The position numbers and the translations under genes were made by a program. From Dipteris shenzhenensis (Eukaryota): a stretch of 64,000 nucleotides of DNA. Where the stretch lies: NCBI GenBank assembly GCA_047967505.1, contig CM106538.1; one strand, 5' to 3'. Below are positions 35,301 to 47,300 of the stretch, piece by piece; position 1 is the stretch's first letter; each line of letters begins with the position of its first letter. The notes beneath the pieces are model-generated. The model searched no databases. It had not been told where the DNA came from and worked only from the letters and a program-made list of their open reading frames with translations.

Positions 35301-38300
35301 CTTCTCCGGCCCAATCTTCACAATGAGACCAGCGATGCAGGCTAGACTGAGTAGGGGATACGCCTCACTGGCTCGGGTAGAGAGACAATGCTTCCACTCC
35401 CACTTCCAGGACCCTTGGACCAAGGCTTTTCTCTTTGACTCCTTGGTCCGACCAATTGGTATGTATGGCAGCCCTTGTTGCAGCCCTGACATGTCAGAGA
35501 TAGAGTGGACACGGGTGGAGCGCCTGCAAATCCTCATGCTCTCACGGATGATCCGAGGGAAACTGTCTGTACCACATCACATCATTCAGGCCGAGTTTGG
35601 GGTTCTCCACTCCAGCTAGATGCAGCCTTTCAGACCATCACATATCTACACCGAGTTAGATCATATGGGGACTGCACATTAGGGAGACAGAGGTTGCCAT
35701 GGTTGGCTCTCGATTCCTCCATGAGGTTGGTAGCAGAGGGAGACGAGCGATGCTGGTATGCACGGACTCACGGATGGTTTGTGAGACTAGGGTTTCACAT
35801 CGATAGGATACCTCCTTTTCAGTACAGTTTAGATGCCCCTCCGGTACTCCCACCCACCATCTCGATCGGGCCACACACCAACCAGGTCATTCGAGAGGAT
35901 CTCCTGCAGCTACACACCTTTAGGACCTGGTTGGAGCCGAGGGAGCTTCCAGTGAAGCTGAGTTTCTACAAAGATTACTGTCTTCGTATTTCGGAGGAGG
36001 GATTCATCACACCACCGGGGTACACTGAGCTTCATATGCCTCACTCACTACGGATCTCCATCGGACAGTTTCGGGTACCATCACACCGCCTCCACAAAGA
36101 GAGCAGCAGAGCAGAGGGGATTCCTAGGGAGCATGGCTTATGCATATTGTGCGACTGTCAAGAGGTTGAGTCGGGGAGCATTTTATTTTCAGGTGCCCAG
36201 TGTACTACGAGATCCGAGGTCGCTACCACTGTCTCTTTAGAGACGGCTCCGGGCTCCTTTTCAGATTCCTCGCCTACCCAGATCAGAGATGCCTCGCGGC
36301 CTTCATTCACCAGGGGGTCCGACACAGAGAGTACTTACTCAGCCGACGGGGCTTGGCCACATCATCAGACACCTCTCAGAGCAGGATCACAGGGTTCTTC
36401 CCATCAAGTGACATTGATCATCTAGTCTCTAGCTGCAGACGGGACATAGACCCTGACTCGATGACTGCAGCATGACACACGAGACATCGAGGGGACACAC
36501 AAATCACTTTGGGGGACCTCCCATCATTGTTTAGACCCGGGATACTTGCCACGGGAGTCACGGTGGCTTTGGTCTTGCGTAGAGCCTTGTCCAGAAGACT
36601 GAGATGCACGGCACCCCTTGACGGGCGCAAGCGTCCCATCACCGGCTATGCACCAACCAGGGTGACATGACATACGGAGAATTCCCCTCTGCTCCATTCT
36701 TTTTCTTTTCATTGTTACATCCAGATGTATTTGATTATGTATGATTAGACTTAGGATTCTGCATGGGTGATGATGCTCGTTTCAAGAGCTCCACCCTTAT
36801 TATGATTTGTATCAGGTTTTCTTTCAGTCTCATAGACCCATCGGTCTTCCAAAGACTCTAATAAAATTTCTTTCTTTCTTTCTTTCTTTCTCATTTTGTT
36901 CACAAGAGTCCCACCAAACTGTGGTCCTCTATCCTTACCAAAAGTTGTCCTACTTTCTCCTTGGCATTTCTATCCTTGAGCCCGCATGCTCTTGACTGAG
37001 CTTTCATAGACTTAGTCTCTGTGCCGTGATCTCTCCATCTTGCTGCCCTAGATGTCAGCCTAGGTGGACAACTTCCTTCCAAGCTGTGTCTGCAACTCTT
37101 CTGCCTACTTTTTTGTCCTGCTAGATGAAATGCTGATCTGATGCTCCAGTCTGCTTGCTGTTTGCTGCTCCACATGATGATGAATGAGGCCCCAAGGCCC
37201 TCCTTTTATAGGGCCTGGATACCCCCTAGCCAACTGACCTGGTAGGGGGATTTGGGCCCACCCAAACAACCTCCCCTCCACCGACCTGCTGGTCTGTAAA
37301 TCCCCCCTGGCGGGGGCACAACATATACTGAGGTAGGGATGGCCCTGCCTGGTAATGTGGCAGGCAACCACTGGCCCAGGCCATGCAGCTCCTACCCCGC
37401 CTGTTCTAGGATGTTCTGCCTCCTATCAGGCCTCTTCCAGTCCACGTTCCAGGTCCATACAGCCTGCAGGGTCCCTCCGTACACCTGCTGATGTCATCGC
37501 ACCTGTTTCGTACTGTTGACATTATTTGCGACATCATCGCGGCTGCTCCTGGAATGTTTCCATGCTATGTTGCTGTTCCGACTCTTGTTGCCGACATGGC
37601 AGCTCATGTGCTGCCCATGTGGCTGTGAGGAACTGAACAGCAAAAGACAGCACACAAACTGCGAGCTAGAAAGTGAGAAAGAGAGAGAAAAACTGCACAA
37701 GAACTCAGGGAAAAATGCATGTACTGCTGGCAGAAAATCCAATGCAAGTGATTCTCCACAATGAGGGGAGGAGCCTTTTATATAGGGCCCCCTCACCAGC
37801 AAAAAATGGCCCACCTAGGGGGCTAGACTGGATGACCTAGGGTAGGTTGTAACTTGACCTGCTAGTCGGTTACCCGACCTGGTTTAGGGGCTTGTTTGGC
37901 CCTCAAATTGATGCGCCAAGGTGGTGTCTATGTGGCACACACCTATTGGACCTGAGGCACCTGTGAGACGGCCTCACATTCGGCTGCCAAGAGCCCGAGG
38001 GGCAGGTGAATCAGCCCCACACACTTCCTGCCTTGACCCGCAATGCACCTCCACCATGTTGTCCCCTATTATCTGTCCCTTCTGCCTCTCCCGGGCGGGC
38101 AAACCCATAACAGTGGCCCTCACTCAACCTCACATGGGCGGACCCACAACGATGGCCCCTCTCTCTATGATACAGGAGATGCTACCTCTAACACCCCCTC
38201 TCAGCTCTTGGATCATGGATCAGCCTCCGGGAGCTAGAAAGATCTCCAAGTAGTTGCTGTGCCAAGGGCTTGGTGAAGAGGTCCACCCTATTGTCCTCCG

Positions 38301-41300
38301 TCTTACAGAAGATGAGTTGGATCACGTCAGTGAGCACATTCTCTCATACGTAGTGGTATTGTATCTCAATATGCTTTGTCCGTCCTGGAACCAAATTTCG
38401 AGCAGGTGATGTACAGGTTTGATTGTCACTATGGATGACGGGCGAGGACGTCTATGGGAACCCAATCTCCCCAACTAGCTTGCGAAGCCAAACTACCTCA
38501 CATGTAGCGGAATAAGCGGCCCAATACTCAGCCTTGGTCAAAGACAACCGTGCTTGAATACGGCTATTATTATTTTTTTCTCGAGACGCATGCCTGTTGC
38601 AGCAGATGTTGGAAATTGGCTCACCAGGACTTTGGAAGTTGCTTTGTTCGGAAAGTGCATTATGTTGCTCGGGGTTTTTTTGAGGTTACTATGAAAGATG
38701 ACTTGCACAAACAGATGCTCCTTGAACACTCCCCTTTGTTTTATGGGCAGCAGATGGTGCATGTTTTGCCTTGGTCACCCACCAAGGACTATCAGGCTTT
38801 AATTCGCCATCGCTGTCCAATATGGGTGGAAGTGGTTGACTTCCCTCAGTGCTTGGCTTCTCTCTTACCTAAAATTGCACCATCATTGGGTAAGGTGGTG
38901 TGCCCACCGTGGCCAAATGGGACTCCAACCGATTTTGCATTCTGTGGGATACTAATCATCCCACTCCTGACTCCTATTCTGTTACAGTGAATCATGTGGA
39001 TATGGGCAATGCTTTTTACAAGCTCAAGTGGGGCCTGTTTGCAGGTGCATGTTTTGAATGCAAGAAGTTTGGCCACATGGCTTCCCTCTTGTCATGCATA
39101 AAAGGCTTTTGGAAAATATGCCTTCTCATATGCCTACTAAAGAAATGATGGGTCAGCCCATTCTCAAACAAAAGCATGTCAAGCCTCTTGCTCCAGCTCA
39201 GAAAAAAGGCAAGACACCTATTGTGTCCAATGGGAATGCCTCTCCCTATATGCCTTCCACCTCTCAGCCCAAAGGAAAAGACAAAACTTTGCAGGAGGTT
39301 TGGCAGACTCCTAGGAAAATTGTCGCAACTAGACGACCGTTACTTGGAATGCTGCATCCTTGACTGATCGTACTCCTGAAGAAAATTCAGGAGTGGGTAT
39401 TACATGGGCAGCTGTGACAGCCAGTCGGACTCTCTTTCCCGAAGAAGATATTGTTGGTTTGCTGTTCACTTCTCAACCAGTTGTGATACCTCAAGGCTGG
39501 GGTCCGGATCTTGAGGTTGAGATGCAGGCCTGATTTCAGTTCTCCCTCTGCTGTACATAATCTGTAAATATGCTGTCAAATCTTATATGTTTTACACTTA
39601 ATGTACTGGGTTTGTGTGATGCTTCTAAATGGAAGACAGTCTGAGGGTATCTCAATCACTTATAGCCAGATGTGGTAGCTTTGTAGGAACATAATCAGCA
39701 TGTGTATGCTGGACAGCATGGTCATTTTCACGGTTATGAGATTTTCTATGCTGGACAGCGTTCCTTTCAGGAGTGGTCTTTCTGATCAAGCATGATCTTC
39801 AGCACTTTGTGGCCTTCAATGATTCACAAGGTAGATGGATGGTTATGCAATGCATTGTACAGGGTGATATATTTGAATTTGCATCTGTCTATGGTCCTCA
39901 ATCCTCCCGTCATCGAGGACAGATTTGGGAAGATATGCAGAGGTATCCATGGAGGCAGTATGCTTTTCTTTGTGGTGACTGCAACAATGCTCCTCAGCCA
40001 GGGGATAATACATCTGGCCATACACATATGTTGGCCTCTGAGAGGTAGAGCTGGTCTAAATTGTTGCTTGATTTCAATTTTGCTGATCTTTGGACAGCAT
40101 CTTATCCTTTGCTTCTTGGGTTTACTTTCCAGCACAATGCTCAATCTACATACAAAGCTAGACTGGACATGTGGTACAGAGTTGATCCTCAGCACTTTGA
40201 TACTTTTACTACTTTGTCAGTTGATTATGCATTTGTGCATTCTGATTATGCACCTTTATGTTTGAGGATTTCTCTCCATGACATGCAGGATGATCGGCTT
40301 CCACACAGAAGGCTCCTCATGGTTAACAATAGCTATTTGGATCATGATCATTTTAAGGCCATGGTGTATGATGCGTGTCAACCTCTTTCACCTCAGAGTT
40401 TTATTGATACTAATTATGTCTGGGATGCTTTTGTTGCTCGTATGCAATCAGTTATTTGGGATTATGGCATAAATTATCTCAAAACATTGAGGGGTACGGT
40501 TGCTCGGGCAAAATCTACCTGTCAGTCTTTGACTGAACTTAGTCATTTTCAGTCTTTGTCTCTTGAAGAAAGCACATCTTTATGCCAGGCCAGACATTGT
40601 TTGCAAAGTAATGATCATAGAAAAATTGCCAAATGGGAGACAAGAGCTCATCAGCGAGCTTTCGTGGACAAAGGTTACTCGTCAAAGGGTTTTTTTAAGA
40701 GCTTACATCATAAGCGACAAGCTACCAATATTTGTCGTACTTTGCTTTCTGATGGACATTGGACTCCTCTCGAGCTCAACTTGCTACAGCTTGTGTTCAT
40801 CATTTTTCCGGGTAGTTTGGACACCTGATCCTCTTTCTCCGGCAGTATTGGCAGCCCGGACTCAATTACTGCAGCATGTTTTCCCTATTGTTTCTCATGC
40901 ACAAGCTCTTGAGCTTGAATGCCCTTTCACTGAAACAGAATTGACCACTGCTGTCCGCTCATGTGGTAAATGGAAATCTCTAGGATGGGATGGCCTTACA
41001 GTGGAATTTTTTCTTGCATACTGGGATCTTTCCAAGCCCATTTTGCTGCGTATGATCAACCATGGTTGGGAACAGCAACATATGCCAGTTTCTTGGAAAA
41101 AAGGGCTAGTAAAGCTTCTTCCCAAAAAGCAGATTTGTGAATCCTTGGCTGATTGGAGACCCATTACTCTTATGCCTATCATTTATAAAACCATCACCAA
41201 AATGGTGGTTGATCGCATTAAAGGATACTTGCATGATGGTACTAATAATATCGCAAATGCTTACATTGGAATTGAGTATGCCAAATACACAGAGTAGGAT

Positions 41301-44300
41301 GTTCTTTTACTGCAAGTTGATATTGCCAAGGCTTTTGATACTGTTCAATGGGACTTCATCTCTCAAACAATGCATGCTTTGGGATTTGGGCAGAAATTGC
41401 AGCATATCATATACTGGCTTTATAGTGATAGTCAAGCTGCTTGTATTCTTTTCTGGGGATATCTCTGAACCGTGGACTCTTCGTTGCTCGGTGCATCAAG
41501 GCTGTCCACTTTGCGCTCTTGTATGCTATAGCCATGCACCCCATGCTTCAGTACATGGATCATCTCGTAGCTACGGATAAGCTACATGGTTTGTAAATTC
41601 ATGACAATAAACCATTGCTTGCTCAAGCTTATGCAGATGATTCTTTCTTCACTCCCCACAATACAGAGCAGGATCTTTCTGAGCTGATGCAAGCTCTTTC
41701 TTTATATGGTTTAGCTATTGGGCTTCATGTCAATTTTCAGAAATCAAAATTGTAGCCTTTGCATTCCAAGGAATGGCACTCTCTTTTATGGCCTGGCGAA
41801 TCATCCCACCAACTCAATTGGTTTGTCATCTTGGCTATCCTTTGAGTTGGACACTTTCTCCTCGTCAACAATCTGATTGGATTCTCGCAGCTCTCAAGAA
41901 AAAGCTGGATTACTAGAAATTGGCAACTTGGCCTCTGCATGTTCGTCTTCGAATTGTGCAATCTATTTTGATGGCATATATTCAATTCTACTTGCCTCTT
42001 ATTATGTTCAGCAAGGCTGATCTTGCCTCTTTTATGTCAAAGGTGCTGGAAATCTTCTGGTGTTCTCGCCATGGAAAAAACGGCTTGTGTTTGCTTCCAG
42101 TACAGGAGCTTTGTTCTCCCAAGATGCATGGAGGTCTTAATATTCTTAATATCCATGTGCACATTCTTGCCCACAAGGGGAATCTCATGCTACAGTTTTA
42201 GCAAGTTTCTCAACCATGGACTGCCATGATTCGTCATTTGCTCTTGCACGTTGAGTCTCCAGCTTTTGGTCATTAGCAGCTTACCCAGTGGGAGTTTCTT
42301 TTTGGTTCTGTGACAAGCACAATCCCCGGCTGTCCTTTGGTTTCTCATTTGTTGATGGATTAGAAACATATCCTTTCTCACTTGGAATGGCATGGCAGTG
42401 ATTCCCTGCAAGGCAACTCTTTCAGAGCTGAAAGCATACATTGGTCTAGAGTGTTTGCCCTTTCTTTGGCTTTGCATGAGCCTCGACGTTCGTATTTTCT
42501 GAGTCTCAAGGGGATTCGTTTGGTTCAGGATGTTGTTGATGATGCTAGAATTCCCCTTTCTTTTTCTTTGGCCATTGCAAAATTTGACCTTGGAATGCAT
42601 TATCGTCCACTTTGGCATAAATTACTTTGATGCTCCAGCCTTTTCAACCGGTTCCTCCATTGCATCAGCAGGATCGTCTTCAAGACTGGACACTCTCTTT
42701 TGTAGTCATGCCGTCCTCTGCAGTTTGCACATATTACTGTCTCTTCTCTTTATAAAGTTCTACTTCCTTCGCCATTTATCTCTCAAAGGGTAAACCAGCT
42801 TTGGCATCTTCATCGCCCTATGAAATGCTGGAGGTCGCCCTATGAAATGGTGGAGGAAACGTTTGAGACAGATTTGGCATTCTAAGATTCCTCTCCATCA
42901 GCAGGTTTTCTTGTGGAGAGCTTTATTGGATGTTCTTTCTCATGGACAGCTCTTGGCACGACGACATATTGCTTCTTCTATTTGTCACAGATGTCTGGCT
43001 CTGAGAGAGACTGTGCCTCATCTCTTTTGGCATTGCCCTTCCTCTCGTGCTTTCTTGGACTTCCTTGGGCAACTTTTGAGAGCTCGGTTTCCTCAAATTG
43101 CTTTTGGCAAGTTCTTTTGACTTTTTGGTGTACATCCACCCAGACAGGAGTTTGATTTCTTTTTTGTTTGGGTTCGCTACTGGACACTTTGGACTCTATG
43201 GGAGGATCACAATCATAGGGTCTTTGGTGATCCTAATTTTTCTACTTTCTCTTTCTTCAGACACTCTTTGCAGCAATCGCTTTTTGATTGCTTGCAATCT
43301 CATGTCTTTAATCATGATGTATATTTGTCCTACAGTGAGATTTTCTCTTGATGTATTAAAGCTCTCCCTTTCTGAGATAGCTTCTTTATAAAATAATGAC
43401 TCAAAGATTCCACACACACAAAAAAAAAGTGTGTGCGCGCCTGCATTATACAAAATCCTTTTGCCTCAACCCTGGGTTTCAGAAAGGGGTAATTCTCTTT
43501 GGCCAATGCATCGGCCAGCTAATTGGCGGAGGAAAAGACTGTGGCAACTTTGGGCATACAAGGTTCCACTTCGGCAACAGGTTTTTTTATGGCGAGTGCT
43601 GCTAGGAATTTTTCCATCTCGACTGTTGCTGGCCCATAGGCACATTGCTTCTGCTTTATGTCATCGGTGTTTGACTTCTCAGGAGACTGTACCTCATTTA
43701 TTCTGGCATTACCCGTCTTCTCCGAAGTTTTTGGATTCTCTTCGACAGAGGCTACGAGCGAGATTCCCGACTCTTCTCTTCGGGAAATTTTTCTGGCTCT
43801 TTGGTTTTCATCCACAGTGACCGGAGTTTCATCTTTTCTTTGTTTGGGCTCGCTATCGGGCACTTTGGACTTTATGGACAGACCGCAATTGTAAAGTCTT
43901 TAGTGATCCCAATTTTTCTTTGTTTGCTTTCTTTAAGCGTTCTCTGTAGCAATCTTTCTTTTATTGCTTGCAGACTCGCCAGATAGATCAGGATGTATAT
44001 TTGGCTTATACTGAGATCTTCAGTTGATGTATTTTCTAGTGCCTCTTTTCTGAGGTGACTATTCTTGTACTATAATCAATCAAAGCTTTCACTATTAAAA
44101 AAAAGTGTGTGTGTGCAGGCACACATCTACGAGCACATGTTCACATGCCCCCACACACAACAATTCAATTTAGCTACCTTGAAATAGAAAATGTCAGTAA
44201 AAAATATTCTCTGGGAATGCACAGCTGTTAGAGGAAACTTAAACCTCATCGGAAGAAGTGTCCAAACCTTTACTGCATGATATTCAGGTGTGCTCTTACA

Positions 44301-47300
44301 ATTGCAGCATCCTTTAGCTCCTGGAAATGTTTTCATCAAACCACATACAAGCACTGCAACATTTGGATCCTGAAACATCTCTGCTTGTTCCTGGACAAGT
44401 TGCTCTTCTGCTGCTACGTCCTCATCAATTGAATTACTTTCCTGCGGTCTTGAGTGAGAGCCACTGCATGTGCAGACATCACCGCCTGGAAAAAAATAAG
44501 TAAACACAGTGCAGAATTGATGGTGGGCATGATAAAAATTAGAGCTAATAAAACACACGATAATAGGGTGCAGGTAAACCTTCCAAGTTGCTAGATGTGC
44601 TCCCTATCCAATAAGATGGCCTTAGGAAGTAATTAAATGACTTCTTCACACCATTTACATCTTTGACAACATTGTCAAGGTATATTGCAAGCAGAAACCA
44701 TAGAAAGAACGTTGATGTAAGCCATATGTAAATCTGATCCTGGGGAGGCAGAATTTATCAAATTAGTTCGCTGTCTTTAGAGCGAATGCTGAAATTAAAA
44801 GGCTTCAAGACATTTGGCAACTCTTCTGTCACTGTACATCATTCTAGTGCTTAGTGAGTAGCAGCAGACTTCATGCAGAAATCAAAATCTATTTGTGATT
44901 TGGATTGGTCAGATAAGAATTTGTGATCATATGAAAGAATGCAATGCAGGGTGCATCTAGATGGCTGTCTATAGCAAAATGCAAAAATTTTGGAAGATCC
45001 TGCCAGTTTTGGATGCAGATTGTCAAATACCATTGTAAGGACACAATTTGGATCTGCAAAAGAACACCTCTTCCGGCCTTCCCAGCTGATACCTCTGTCC
45101 TGTTTTGTAGCAGTGGCATCTCCCAAGTATTGCAGACCGATGGCAAGGAGATTTGGAGGGAAGAGTGACCAGATTACTTGTAAAAACTTCGCAAAGGACT
45201 GGTCATAAGGAAAACCGAAGGCTGTGACTAACTGCATGCAGTGATAAAGGCCAGGCCAGTCAGAAGTACACTGAAAACAAACTCCTCCCAATTAACATAG
45301 GAGAGTGGATAAAAGCATACCTCTGTCAAAAAACCGATTATGAAAACAGAAAATCCAACAGTCCTGGCTGATGCTGAGTTGTGGACAAATGCTGACAGCA
45401 TAAATGCAAACCCGATCTTTTCCAATGTAAGGAATCATGCAACAAAAGAATCAGAAAGACAATATTCAGCTTAAAGAGAGGCATAAATTCCAAAGAAAAG
45501 CATTACAGATCTACTATGACCATTCAACATAAGAGACTCTATAGGGAAAAACAGTTGGAGACAAGGAAATAGGTCATTCATTAAGTATGCAAAATGGCCT
45601 TGACAATCACCTAAGTTTTCCAGAACATTTAGAAAATGAGTTAGATAGTTATAAGAAGCATAAATCAACAAAGAAATTCCCTGATCCAAAAAATTGAGGA
45701 AGAGATACTGAGTGTTGTTTCTGAGCAAAGGACTTGATGGAAAATGAGCATGATCTAGGCGATTTCCTCTCAATTGAAAATCACATGTATAATGCCATTG
45801 GAATGGAATACTGCTCTCTTAATTTTGCAAGTTGTGCTAGCATCTGCTGATGCTAACCATGCCTCATTACTTTACTATTCTGCATGTTTGTATATTCTTA
45901 TTAGAAGAATGCAAGTGGATAACTGCTTCTTTCTCGCTCAATTTGCCAAGTTGTCCCTTAGCTCCAGTAACAATCATAGGCTTGCCTCGACTGAGCCTTT
46001 GGGTGAGGACTTATAACATTTCAAGTGTGAAACAAGGTTTGTTGAGGTTCGAAAGTTTCTGCGTGGCATAGGGCTAACATAAATTTCAAAGGCTTTCAGT
46101 TCAGCCACCAAATGTGCCAACATGAGCTTCAAGGTCCAACTTCACAAGGTATCCCAACAGCTAGTGTCTAAGGAAACAGCTCATACTCTTCCAGAAGTGT
46201 TACTGGAGGCAAAAGGTCAGCGGTGCAAGGAGTCTCTATGCGAGCGTCCTACTCACATTCACTTACTTACATGCTATTATGGTGCAAGCAACTATGGAAG
46301 ACAGTTTCTGGAAGCACTCCCAAGCACATGAAGGTTACACCAATTCAATGCAACACTCAGAATGAAAGTATAATAGATTATCATCACCCTTTCACTTCAT
46401 TACTTGGCCATTGTCACTGCCCAACAAGATCAGTTCCAAGGTTGCTCCCAACAAAACCCATGTACAATGTTTATCAGGTGAGCCAAAATCTCTAGCTGCT
46501 TCTTCTCTCACTCTCCTCCTCCCTCTCTCTGTTATCTCCTCCCCATACAAATCTCTCCTCATCTCCTCTTCATGTGGCTTCATACACTTCTAATCACCAT
46601 AGCCTTCTCAAGCATGGGATCTTGAGCCCACTATTCAATAACGACAGGTCAGTAGGAGGCTGACCACAAGCCCGACAAATACCCGCCCGATCAAGGGGAA
46701 GGTCATCCCAGCATCATTGTGCCAGGCAGCTGCATGACACCCATAAATCTGACCCACGGGGCAGAGCAGAAGACAAGAAAAACTCGTTTTTTATATGCTC
46801 CAGAGACATTGGGACTCACCATCGACCCCAGTCCAGCACACGTCCAGCTCACATCATGCCCCTGGATAGGTGCCTGAGGACTCAAGTTTCCAAAGGCCCA
46901 TCCCACATGTATTTCTTTTCAGTAACATTCCATTTACATTGGCATTCATAGGGATCTAATAGACACATGTAGTTCCACGAAGTCTCTTGGTCAAACCCGG
47001 TGCTTACTAAAATATGTCAACAAATAAAAGAGAAAGATAATAAGAAATAAAGAAGAAAGGAAGAAGGTGACTAAGCAAAAATAAACAAGCAAATCAAGAA
47101 ACAAAATCGACCAAAAAACACGAATAAAAACTCTCTTTCTCTCACTCAAGTAAGAATGAAAGAAAGAATTTATAGAATGAATGAATTATTTAAAAAACTA
47201 AATGAACCTCTTCCACTTATGTATGGCTTCCTACAAAGATGCAAAATTACATTCCTAACTTAGAAAGCACATGCATACTCAATCAAACTCTCTTTTGGAG

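Larger units (their letters stand above)
33905..36904 (+). mobile_element. Copia A right part (RT end, RNase H, PPT, 3' LTR split by LINE 4)
   Basis: [56 protein letters not shown] from 34350 homologous to copia C LTRs, LTR end ...TTCACA at 36904. Confidence 0.82.

Noticed and set aside
45780-46900. Short ORFs and a possible DNA transposon remnant
   Set aside because: No recognisable domain, terminal inverted repeats or TSD.
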